From Kudoa neothunni (Eukaryota; Animalia; Cnidaria), in the NCBI GenBank assembly GCA_964304625.1, contig OZ199838.1:16269731-16333730 (forward strand): 64,000 nt of DNA. The letters run 5' to 3'. Every line of letters starts with the position of its first letter. Position 1 is the stretch's first letter. Shown here one piece after another: positions 1 through 11,869 of this stretch. Under the pieces are notes generated by a model. The model saw nothing but the letters and a program-made list of their open reading frames with translations. It ran no database searches and had not been told where the DNA came from. Both the position numbers and the translations under genes were made by a program.

Positions 1-1130
1 AAGATGGAATTTCTGTCGGTTATATGACCGAAGGTAATCCTTACAATCCAAAAATAAGCACATACAACGACATAAATCATACTTATTCCTTCTACTCAAA
101 AATTGTACACGGTTTTCAAGAAGATGAAATCATCCCAATTCTAATATTTTATTTGATAGATGTGATTGAAAAATATTTTTGTAACGTAATATAGTGCTGG
201 TTTTATAGATCGGAAAATATGCCACCAATAAGAATGGTGATGCTTATATCGCTTTTCCTTGTTCTACAGTAAGTGCAAATCTAAGGCTTTCAGATAGTAA
301 ATACATCTATCGGCATTTCCAAAGGGAAACTAAAACAACAAAATTTTTTGAATCAATTAAAATTGTCTCCGCTTATAATTTCGATGAATGTGTGAAATTA
401 ATGAAGGATTCATTGTTGAAAAAAGGTGGTAAGTCATATCCGTGGAGTGCAATAACCGACCAAATGCTTAAAACTGATTTTCCACCAAAAAAGGGAAGCA
501 GACAATTCGATGTAAAAATCCCTTTGATATTATCCAAATAGTTTATTTATATCTTGGTTAATTGTAGATATACAACTATAAACACAGTTTTGAAATTGAT
601 AATTACTACCGCCCCTTGGAATCCATTAGATCTTTAACCTCTATATTCAACAGGGAGCCAACTTATGTCAAACCCTTATCGTCGATTTCACCAGATGAAG
701 CCATTCAAATTCTGAATTACGTGGTTAAAAGGACGTTTGCCTATGTTATCGCCGCCTTCTTTTCTGAATCAGAGTCAATATATGGCAATGATTACGTCTT
801 TAAGACTCATGTATACAGACAACTTTATAGGAAATACTTAATAATTTTTATTATAGGAAAATAAAATTGGTTGGCAATCACAATTTATTAGTAATCAAAC
901 CAGTATACGATACTATTTCCATAGTAGATATAATTTCTCCTTAATGCATTGTTAAAAATCTGATAGACCGTAATAAAAACTTCGGCCCCCAAAGCGATAA
1001 TTTGGGAGAAAAAAAAGGATCAGATATAAGGGAAAATAGGGGCTACACAGATTTCATTGAAGATTTCCAAAGGTCTTCACAAGATAGGAAACAGAGATTG
1101 AGATACAGTGACAAAATAACAGACGAATAA
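1..1130 (+). CDS. Paralog A (5' end outside window) of the tandem surface-protein family (putative GDA1/CD39-like pseudoenzyme); no TM in last exon
   Basis: Exons <3-161, 209-511, 568-810, 857-~923, 967-1130, with GT..AG introns at the same positions as in B-G. Motifs ISVGYMTE, IAFPCS, AYNFDECV, YPWS, FPPKKGSRQFD, NKIGWQSQFISNQT. The last exon reads NRNKNFGPQ...SDKITDE* and is hydrophilic. Confidence 0.8.
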
Positions 1131-1417
1131 TCGTATTACATTAATATCATAATTCTTAGGTAATTAATTTTAGAAATAAGAATCAATAACGGTTCTCAGT
1201 GCCCACGTTCTATCTCATCATTTACAGTAATAAAAATTTCGTATAAATTGTAAAATTTTGATTATTTTAGCAGAAAAATCTTAATGATCGTCTATTTAAA
1301 CTAACGTTACTTTACGATACCTTCAATAAAATATCTATTCATTCGCCTATAATATTAATTACTTCGATTATATTATACATGGTATCAATCACTGGTATCT
1401 CTGCGTATAATCCATTA

Positions 1418-3787
1418 TCTACTATCTTCAAATATATAATAGCTGAAGTGTTCGTATGTGTGTTGGTAGTAACGCATATGTATCAAAAATTTTTTCTTAT
1501 AGAGAGACATTTATGAAATTTTTTAAAATTGAAATGTTTCAAAAAATATATAAATTATTATAAGCACGTAAAATGTTCCAAGGATTGTTTAGAATATAGC
1601 GATTTTGTCAATTCAAGATTTGTTAAGCGGATTACATCAGTTCAACTGTAGGATTAAAACATGCTTATTTCATGGTGACGATCGGTTGAAGTTAACTTTC
1701 TCCTTTATAAGAATTATCAAAGGTAAAACTACACGATGAGATCCATCTTAACGTATAAACTTGGCGGGCTAAAAATGTTTTTAGGACATTTTTCTGTACC
1801 AGTCGGATATGTTCGTGAATTGGTCGGAAATATGAATTTGACTTCGTTATTTATTTGCGATTGGGTTATAGAAGTTATTTTTATATTTAAAAATTGTAAA
1901 AAAAAATTATTGAATTTTAAAACATGTTGAGATGATTCCTAAAACGAGGGATTGTGGCAAATGTCATCAAGTATTGGCATTGAAACAGGTCGTAATATTC
2001 AGGTAGGTATAATTAAATACAGGAGATTCTAAAAATATAAACTTTATAAATCAACTAATAATAGGAGTTAATGGGATTGAAAATTAGTAACGCGCAAGCG
2101 TTGTTGCCATTTTGGATTAAAAATTTACGTGGCAAAAGCGAGTGCGTTGAAACAATTTATCATTAAATGGAAGATCGTGTGTTTCGATCTTATCAATGAA
2201 AGAAACGAGTTTAAATTAAGATAAGATCCTTTTTTTATGGTGCTAAATTTTCATTATGGGAAATTTTTTTTATGATGTATTTGAAATTAATGGCATATTA
2301 ATGAAACAAAGAAAAATATCGTTGCGAGAAATCATATATGGATGGAAAAATTATATAGGAAAAGTTTACATGGAATATTTCATTATTCATGGGTATCCTA
2401 TTGATGGTGTTATTGTGATTGAGAAAATAAACGAATCTCAGTTTTATACACGAAAATATCATCGTGGATGGTTCCTCACAAGACAGAATATTAGGATCGT
2501 GTTCAGGATTAATTTTAGTGTCATTTTTTTTTCATGTCCTTGCTGAGAAACGTATCTAAGCTATTATTTAAGAAATAATAACTCAAAATTGTAGTAGAGA
2601 TTAACTATGTGGACGGACAAATGACCTTCTTATTATAATTTATCCCATTTATTTTATGTTATAGACTGCGTGAAATATAGTACTAACTTTGAGGCTATCA
2701 AATTTATGCATATAAATCGAATAGATGCCATTTAAGATGCAATCAAACGCAACTTCAGATGAGTCACCAATACAAAATCGGAATTTTTTACCTTCAATTT
2801 TGTAAATTATTATTCCAAAAAAATGTCCTCTTAAAATATTTTGTCAATTCTCTTTAGTATAATTAATGAAGTCAATTTACATTGTCGTATTTTTTGCCTT
2901 TTATTTTAGGTCCGATATATCGTGTCAAATACCGAAAAGTGTCCTAACACCATACTTTACCCAGGTTTTTGGGGCTTTTTGGATTTTTTCGCAGATACAT
3001 TACTTAAGTGGGGAGTTTTAATGTATTTAACTTGATAAGCATACATTGAAAGTTCTATAAATGGTTTTAGATTGAAAAAAGATTATATTTTTTTTTATTA
3101 GTAACGAATTGATAGAGTACGATATAATCAGATAGATTAAAGCTATATAATACAAGAACTGTGTCCTTAGACTACATTGAAAACGTCAGCCATGTTGAAC
3201 TTTCAGTGATTACATCCAATGTAGATAGTTATAATTTTACTTCACCCCATTATTTGAATTATTTATGTTGATATTAACGAGATTTATGGATGTTTCTGGG
3301 AAAAAGTGCATTAAAATTTATGTCGGGCCAAAGGATATTAATTGGAGAAATAAAAATTAATTTAATTATGTTTTTTTCTCTATATATTCTTTCATTTTTA
3401 TCTCCCTTGAGCAGTTGCGCGGAAGATTTTAAGCCGGGCCAGAATTCGACTTTGTAAAATCCAACGATCAAAGAACGTTTTAAATAGCATTTTAAGGGAA
3501 TTTAAATAATTCAGAGGTGCAAAATAAATACGGCACCGACGTTAAATTATTTATTTATGGTGCAGGACACGAAAATGTTAACTTAACGCTGGGGTTGGTG
3601 CATCCCTGCACAGAAATGATCGTGATTCCAATTTGGTTAATTGTTATCGTAAAATGTATGATGCTTAAATATTTTAAGTTATACTGCTTCTATGGGTTAA
3701 TTCAAAACTCCAACACACTTTTAAATGTTATTAAGAAGCTTCTCTATTTGAAATCTTCCCCAAGGAACACTGGGCGGTTTCCCCTAA
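1418..3787 (+). mobile_element. Non-autonomous Helitron-like element, family 1 (interrupted by a Merlin element)
   Basis: 5' a^tctactatc...atataatagctgaagtg and 3' ccccaaggaacactggg...ctaa. Segments 1480-1710, 3190-3550 and 3600-3790 match the copies at 11870 and 23971. Confidence 0.6.
1765..2963 (+). mobile_element. Decayed Merlin (IS1595/ISXO2-type DDE) transposon
   Basis: ORF 2256-2546 has IEKINESQFYTRKYHRG (Merlin consensus V(E/Q)IDESxFxxRKYxRG). MHINRIDAI*DAIKR near 2706-2750 resembles HTNxIEGxW. Imperfect inverted ends taggacatttttctgta / taccgaaaagtgtccta. Boundaries approximate. Confidence 0.7.
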
Positions 3788-3826
3788 GATATATAAAGGA
3801 AGACTGTCGGTATGTCGCGTGTGTGT

Positions 3827-5256
3827 CAGGCACGTGCCGTCCGTGTATGCAATGCATACCCTGGAATATGTGGGGAGGGGGAATTTTTGTACTTGCATTA
3901 CCGAGTGTAACTTGAGAATTAATAGGGTAAGACCAATCGAAAAATAAATATGTGCATTAAAGAAGTACGCAAATAGAAAAATGATTTGCATTTATCTCAG
4001 TATTAGTTTAAATATATAAATATTTCTCAAATAATTAGGTCACAGCTGCCTCCGACCTCATATAAAACACACGTAGACGTGAGTAGGGGTACGTACGGAC
4101 GATTCCGCGCGTCTCTATTTTTGTACTAGCCAGGGTATGCAGAATTTAGTTTGCATACCCTGTGCAGTCGCATGATAATATGCCGTAACGGGAGCCGATT
4201 TGTATCTCTCGTACATGAAATTCTAGTTATTTTTTATAAATTATTAAATATTTTGATCTTAATCAATGTCTCCGATGTTCTAACATTAGGTAATATCTCA
4301 GAAAAATTGCGAGTTACACATAAATTATTCCTAATCTCTGTTTTGATTATCTGTTGAAGTGTTTTGGTTTTATCACTTTACTATATAACATGAATAGTCA
4401 TTATCTCAAACAATTTTCAAAATTTCCCCATAAAAAAAACTTGAGAATCATAACAAATAGTAGACCAACACATTATGAACTTAAACATCAGAAAGGAGAG
4501 AAAATTATTTGTACCTTCCAGAGTGTATGGTACGGGAGCTAATGTAGATTGTGTGGATGTACTACGACGTAAAAACTTTTTTGTTTCCCATCCTATTATT
4601 TTCGACACCTAATGAAAATATCTGGGTGAAAGAAGGATATTCTAATTGGATTAACTTTCCTAACGCTTTGAATAAACATGAGCGATCTGCAAAATATTAT
4701 CACAACCAAATTGTATTGAAAACGTTTGAAATTATCAGAATTGATTTGATATTTGACTCACGGAAGAATTTAAACCTTGGAATCCATAATAAAAATGTCA
4801 AAGACAACCGGGAAATATTGAAAATTTTTTTCCATATGGTCGTGGTTTTTTAAATTTTATTAAACGCGGTCACAGGGTTCAATTAAATTAATTGATAAAA
4901 TAAAAATAAGCATCTTAATTAACACACAAATGATAGCTATAAATAATTGGATTTATAATAAAAATATCTCGCAAATAATTTTGAACTTTGAAATATAAGT
5001 TGCTTATTTAACATAACGAAATTTTGTTGATTAATGCATGTCCTATTTAAAAAAAAATATTTCTATTGTTTATGAATCAATTATGTCTCTAGGTAATCAT
5101 ATTAAATATAAAATATTCACCCCTATTTACTTATTTAATGATAAAAGTACATTTCGACCTTTTTTTGTTGAAAAAAAAATTGAAATTTCTGAAACCCCTT
5201 CTATATTATAATCCATTCCCTGCATACTCAGAGCAATTGACCACCGCACGTGCCTG
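3827..5256 (+). mobile_element. Internally deleted hAT transposon (ZMYM1-like/TTF-type zinc-finger N-terminal remnant)
   Basis: Perfect 11-bp TIR caggcacgtgc (3827-3837) / gcacgtgcctg (5246-5256), with gcgtgt on both flanks. Frameshifted 4480-4850 reads FQSVWY..WMYY..IWVKEGYSNW..LNKHERS..HNKNVKDNREIL. Confidence 0.7.
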
Positions 5257-7177
5257 GCGTGTTCTAGGGCGTCCAATGAGATTATCTGAAAAAACCCAAG
5301 GTCTCAATGAAAACAAAATAGTATTATTAAATAACAAAAATTTTAATTTTAAACACTTTTTCTAATTTCTGAACTTCAATTGAATCGTCTTCTTCACCTT
5401 CACATCCCTCAGTTAGGAAGGTTGATCTATTTATCAAGCCCTCAAGGTACCGTCGGCTCACAACACCGCTGCTCACATCATGTATTAGTTATTTGTTGGT
5501 TGCGATGTCAAACATGTAGTATTATTTCTTCTGATCAACTTTTTTGCAATAAGTTAATATTTTAGAGTTTCAGCCCTTAATGATTTAGTTTGTTTAGTTT
5601 TAACTGTGTTAAATAACAAATAAATTCGTTCAACATTTGAAGTAGCCGGAATTTCTGTTCTAAGCATATTGATCAAGCTAATATTTAAAATCTATTTTTA
5701 ACCAATATTGATTGGAAAACATATTATCTCATGTATATTTTTGTTTTCTGTTTGAAATTGAACGCATACTTAAAAATAATATACGCCAATAACTTTAAAT
5801 ATGCTATTCAAAAAATTAGCAAATTTTAAAACAACGTTGAAATATCAAAATACAATCACAGAATAATAACAATTGATTACATAACAATTATCCAAGAGTC
5901 GAAAAGCAGTGCGTTGCCGACGACCGTGATATTTTTTAAAATTTCGAATAATTTTAATTCTCTCCCTTGCTAAAACAATAAATATGATTATCCTACCTAA
6001 TTTTAGAGCTTATTATTCATAAACTGATCTCAAAGAATTCAACAATCTAAAAGTTTTATAAATACGCGAAAAAATCCCAAGATCTTTGCACCCAACGTTT
6101 GGACACCCGTGTGTGTGCCCTATGTATGCATGTGCAATTAAGTTTTTTTTATAGATATATCTTCTTGTAACTTCTAATAGTTTAAGATATCTTTACAATT
6201 CATTTATTCGTTATGCCATAGAATCAAATTCTAAAATAATGTAAAAAAATGTGTTGTTATCGAAGTTGAGATTGTTAATCGGATTACGTGCTTTCAAGAA
6301 TGAGAATACATTAGTTTCATCATGGCAGCATTTATCCACGCTGACTTCCTTCAAGTCATTTGGATAGTTATTAGTAATTCAATCATACGCCCAATATCAA
6401 CAATTTCTAGATACATCTTATATCGTGTATTTATCTGTATATATATATATATATAAATGCTTGTAACATTTAAAAAAAAATCTTTTGAATTGATATAGTT
6501 ATGAAAAATTCTTTTAAAATATGGCAAATTTACTATATCTTTCCATTAATTGAAAGAAACATCCTTGAAGTCCAAAATCCTAAGAGTTCGACTTTATCTA
6601 TTCTGCTATAACTCAGCATATCATATAAATGAACATTATTTTTAAGATTTGAATGTTTTTATGGAAAATTGATAAGAAATCCGCTATTGCTTGTTTTAGA
6701 TGTACGAAACTGTCGAAAAATACATTCTGAGTGTTTGCGAATCTTATTCTAATTAAATATTCTATTTTGAAGCGCAAATAATAATTAAAATATTTATTGT
6801 ATTATATAAATTTGAAATTTACTCAAACCTTAAGCTTTAATTAATAATTTTCAGTGCGGATTTTAACGAATATAGTTATCGTAGGATTATGAGGATTACT
6901 GGTCGGATGTTAGTTGTTTTACAGCCGAATCTAGCTATGGAATTATGTTTGTTTTTATCTTCTGAAATCAAATATTTTTTATGGTTTGAATGGAGAAATA
7001 AAATATTGGGGTAATTTTTTACCCCATAATTCATCGAAGTGCAGTCGATTTTTAGTACATTGTATATTAGAGGGTTCATTTTCGAATAATTTCTTTAAGC
7101 GATAATCGTTCATTCTATAGACAGATCACAAATTGAACTCATATTTAGATTCACTTTATAAAATCGAAATGTATTAA

Positions 7178-7560
7178 CTTTTTGAACCTCATTGTTGCCG
7201 GATGGCATTATTGTAATTTTGTGAGTGTTTTAACTAATTAATTACATTTTTTAATTCCACCTTTATTATAATAATATAGTTAATGCTCATATAATTTTAA
7301 AAAAATGAATAATGGAATTTATTCCTTTGTATCAAGAGCAATACAGATGAATATCTAACTCCACGACAAATATAAAAAAGGTTAAAAGTATCAAACAAGT
7401 GAACTTAGAATTTTGAGGTATCAGTATAATTGAAAAATATGAACATATACTATTAAATAGGTTTGTTCTAAAAATGAGTTTAAGAAGAAAATATGTTTTG
7501 ACATATATTCTGTAGGGACGGATTAATCCATGTTGCCATTTGGTAACATTGGGCCAGGGG
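7178..7560. mobile_element. Degenerate piggyBac-type MITE (its second copy hosts the MULE insertion)
   Basis: ttaa at 7174-7177 is followed by cattgttgccggatggca. The right end tgttgccatttggtaacattgggccagggg is an imperfect inverted match. Confidence 0.35.
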
Positions 7561-8089
7561 GTATAGCGAGCGTTGTCACATGACAACGTTTAGCCCTCGT
7601 TAAAGTGTGTTTTTATTTTTTAGAATGGGTTCTGACTAGATTGGAGAAAGATATAAAAAGAACAGAATTTTAATAAATCATCTTATTACAAGGTGAGGAC
7701 AAATCAAGCTTTGGATTCCATATCGTATAGTAAATATGATGATATTGTCTCCGAATTCAGTTCTAATGATGAGATGGAAGATAACTATCGTCAAAAGTAA
7801 AAAATGAACGCAAAAAATTAAATAAACAACTGATATTTTTGAACATGTTGAAGATATTACACTTGAATGTTCCGTCTATTTCAACCGATTCTCCAATGAT
7901 ACATTATTTTAACATCTTTGCATTAAGTGTAATGTTCATTTTACCTCAATAAAACAGGAATTGCTTTTTGATCTATCGAAATTATAATAAATAATTGAAT
8001 ATTACGTTTCTGACGATGGAAGAGTAATTTCTTGGTTAAAAACAAAGTAACATAAAAGCAAGCAAATGCACACTCCCGCTTATTGATAT

Positions 8090-8630
8090 AAACGGTGCCC
8101 CAATGTTGCCATTTGGCATCATTTAAGTATCTTTTTATTATTTAAAATAACTGCTCCAATTTTTGTATATTCTATAGAATATTATTTTAAATTAATCTTA
8201 ATGAGAAAATAAGTTTTTTCAGTCACCGAATTAAATCCGAGGTTCAAGGATTAACAAAAAAGACAGCAGCTGGTTATATTAACGGATCATTGGTAAGCAT
8301 TAAATCGAGTAATTCTATATGCTCTGAAAAGATATGACAAATGTAAAATTAAGTTTGGTTTTTATACATATTCTTTTAAGTTGTTAGGAGGATCATCTTA
8401 AATTTTTGAGCTAAAACATCACGTACAATTAAATTATATTACTGATTAAAATTTAATTGTATTTGAATTAAATTTAATTAATATTAATTATCAAATTCTA
8501 ATATTATTTAAATAATTAATTCAGTTAAAGTGATTATATCTTTATTTTATATTATTCGAAAATTTTTATTGAGATTGTCGTATTATTGTCTTGGTGTCAA
8601 GTTCCTCAGTAACAACTACCCTGACAGGGG
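8090..8630. mobile_element. Possible second degenerate piggyBac-type MITE
   Basis: Left end gccccaatgttgccatttggca; right end caggggttaa (ttaa at about 8631-8634). Confidence 0.3.
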
Positions 8631-8902
8631 TTAATTCAGAACAAAATTTAAAGTAAATTTAATAATTTATAATCTTTTCCAAATGATTTTTAAATAAAAT
8701 AAATTCTTAATCCTTTATACCTTTATATTTAATGATTAAATAGAATTATTAGATTATGACAATAAATAGATTATAATGATTAACAATAACTAAATTATAT
8801 TTTTTATATGATTAAATATGAAATGATCTAAATACAAGTTGTCATTTGTAAAATAAATTCGGTTTCAATCTTAAAGAAGACCATAGTTAAGATTGTTACA
8901 AT

Positions 8903-9062
8903 TAATATTCATAACACTATGAGTATGATACGACAAGTAATCTACTTAGAGATAACATTAGTTTTTATATATAGGAAATAATTAATTACTATTTTAGGGA
9001 TTCTAACGAGTGATAATTAAAGGCCATTAATTCATCTCAATAGAACCCCTCAGGTATTCTAA
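8903..9062 (+). promoter_or_regulatory. Conserved upstream non-coding block shared by paralogs B, C and D
   Basis: taatattcata..ctatga..taatctacttaga..gggattctaacRagtgataa..cattaatt..ccctcagRtattctaa is colinear with 21174-21333 and 31869-32029. Confidence 0.55.
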
Positions 9063-9215
9063 AAACCATAATTGCAGTGATTTTGTTACCTCACCTAATA
9101 TATAAATAGAACAAAAAATGATCTTTATTTGTTGATAATATAATAGATATATTATATAAATAATGAATAACATTTTTATTAACCGACGTAAATTAAAAAT
9201 CAATATTTTAGGAAT

Positions 9216-11761
9216 ATGTTGATTTTTTTGGTGTTTTCATTATTGATTTTCTCAGTACATATTATTCTATCATTCGAATTTAATGGTAAAACGGTAAGGT
9301 TACTGTTTTTAAATTAGTATACAAATTAATTTTATTAAAGGAGTTAATGTTTTATGTTGGAATGAACAGAATGCAAATATATCACTATACATGTAATTCA
9401 GACTCTTCAAAATTTTATGGGGTGGATTGTAGGGAACAAAATAAGGGTTGGTGCCATGGTATCTCCTCAATAAATCTCAGCTTGTTTTTATAACCATTAT
9501 AGTATGGAATGGAGGTCTATTACCAAGAATTGTTCTTGAAAACTACTGTATAAATAATTTTGTCGAAACAAATGGTTTATCTAGCGCGAACGTTACTTTT
9601 TTTGTATCGGCAAACAATTTAGAATTCAGGCAATAGTCTGTTGAAAATCTGTTAGATTTTATTTAATATATCTAGGATGCAGGCAATATTGTATGACGTT
9701 TCCTCAATGAATCAAATGATGGATCGACATATAACTATCGATGGCAATATTTATTTTATACATTATTCCAAATTAACGTCCTCAGATATAATATTTAATT
9801 TCAACGTGGAAACAAATGAGGGGTCAATTCCGAATAGAAGAGTAAAAAAATCAATATATATATATATATATATAAGAGAACAATATTAATAATCAATCTA
9901 ATTTTAGCATTTAAACATTAAAAAATTATTTATATTAATTCTGCTACATTAATATATTGGAATTTAGATAAATGAAGGAAATGGAGTTATATATTTGAGT
10001 GAGGAGTTGTTTTCGTTGGGTTATGTGACAGAAAAAGATCCTCAAAATGAAAATATCGTCACTTATCGAGTTGGACAAAACGAATATCCATTTTTTTCGA
10101 TATATATAACCGAGATCGGATTCATACACATAATACCTACCATAATATTTAAATATATACTAGTAATTTTAAAATAATATTGATGTTTAAATTAATGTTA
10201 TGAGTGTCCATTAGCTCGAAAAATATATTGATAGGAATGGTGAAATTATTATTGAATTTCCCTGTACAATAATAAATTCAAAAGTTCCAATAAATAGCAA
10301 TAAATTCGAAGGTTGGTTGTCGCAACTTGAAATTGATAAGGAGAAATTTTTGAAACCAATCACATTTATTGCAAAATATAACTTTCACGAGTGTGTCGAC
10401 ACAATAAAAAATGCTCTACTTGTTCCGAACTCGGACCACCCATGGAATAGTAAAACATTACAGTTGATTAATGCTAAATTTCCAACAAAATCTGGGAGTA
10501 AATACTTTGACGTATGTCGTTAGTTTAACTTGTCTAATGATGAGGTGGTCAATAATTACTTGCTTATTTATATTATAATATTACAGGTGTATGGTTTTTA
10601 CGCCAAGTCAACAACCCAAAGCAATCATCAACTTCTGCAAGATTTACAACCATTAGTAAACCAATCCAATTTATATACAACAAGTGGTGAGGATGCTTTA
10701 ACTTTGACACCCGCCGAGTCTATACCTTACGTGTACCATGTTGTTACGAGGATGTATTATTACACTCTTATTTCACATTTTACCAACACGACACTTCCTG
10801 AAAGCTACATCTATAAGTTTGACGTATAACGACTTATCATTATATTAATAATATAAATATATATTTTAAATGTAGTCCAATAGAATCGGATGGCAAAAAC
10901 AACTTATTAATAATCAAACTATGACAAGATACCTAAATGGTAAATATCGTGAAAATCTAAACACCTTTTTGAACCTTTTTAGATGTTAGTGAAACTGAGT
11001 CTCAAGATAATTTAGAAGACAACAACGAAGACCTGCCACCCAGCGAAAAATCCACTAAAAATTCTGATACTGATTCTTCTAACAAAAATGAGGAGGACAT
11101 TAAGGTCCCAAAAGCTGATGGTGATATTGATGATTCTTCAGGAAAAAGTAGGGTAGTCACAGAACCTACTCAAAATGATGATGACGATGATCTTGATGAT
11201 TCTCCAGGAAAAAGTAGTGTAGTCACAGAACCTACTCAAAATGATGATGACGAAGATCCTGATGATTCTCCAGGACAAAGTAGGGTAGTCACAGAACCTA
11301 CTCAAAATGATGATGACGAAGATCTTGATGATTCTCCAGGACAAAGTAGCGTAGTCACAGAACCTACTCAAAATGATGATGACGAAGATCTTGATGATTC
11401 TCCAGGAAAAAGTAGCGTAGTCACAGAACCTCAGCGAAATAATGACGATCCGGATGTTTCCACTGAAAAAAGTAAAATTATTATCGAATCTACAAAAAAT
11501 GATGTTGAACCTAAAGAATCTCGACAGAATGGCGATAAAAGTTCCGAAGAGCACGAAAATGACACCACTAATGTAGTAGACATTTCTAATAATAGTGATT
11601 CTGATAGGAATTCAGGTCCTCCTATTAAAGTAAGGGGACCAAAATCTTCTTTAATGGCCAAGATAATTATTCCAACATTACTAGTTATAATTCTCATATC
11701 TATTGGGCTTTTTATATTTATGTTACGAACAAAATCGAAGAAAAAAATATTGGATTTATAA
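9216..11761 (+). CDS. Paralog B: 686-aa type I membrane protein with putative GDA1/CD39-like inactive ectodomain and acidic repeat stalk
   Basis: Nine exons (9216-9293, 9341-9458, 9503-9629, 9676-9841, 9968-10162, 10215-10511, 10587-10823, 10876-10939, 10983-11761) sum to 2061 nt of open frame. Signal peptide MLIFLVFSLLIFSVHIILS, TM IIIPTLLVIILISIGLFIFML, tail RTKSKKKILDL*. Intron 3 has a GC donor. Confidence 0.9.
11129..11431 (+). repeat. Coding 66-bp tandem repeat, about 4.6 units (DDSPGKSSVVTEPTQNDDDEDL)
   Basis: Units start at 11129, 11195, 11261, 11327 and 11393, in frame within the last exon of B. Confidence 0.95.
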
Positions 11762-11869
11762 TTTTATCCAAAACCTTCTCATCATATATAAACTATTACA
11801 TAATTATGAATTAAAATTTTATTTTTCAGTTTTTGAATTATAAAACCTTTTTCACATATCTACGATCTA

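Noticed and set aside
3517-3991. 132-aa and 86-aa ORFs
   Set aside because: They run across the Helitron/hAT junction and are chance frames.
6876-7586. Duplicated small minus-strand ORFs (also 15984-16187 and 19552-19854) as conserved genes
   Set aside because: Their conservation merely reflects the recent segmental duplication; no motifs or splice structure.
11129-11431. CRISPR-like array
   Set aside because: Contiguous 66-bp units with no unique spacers, in frame within a spliced eukaryotic exon, and no cas genes.
11138-11697. Minus-strand hydrophobic ORFs (138 and 88 aa)
   Set aside because: Antisense shadows of the acidic stalk of gene B.
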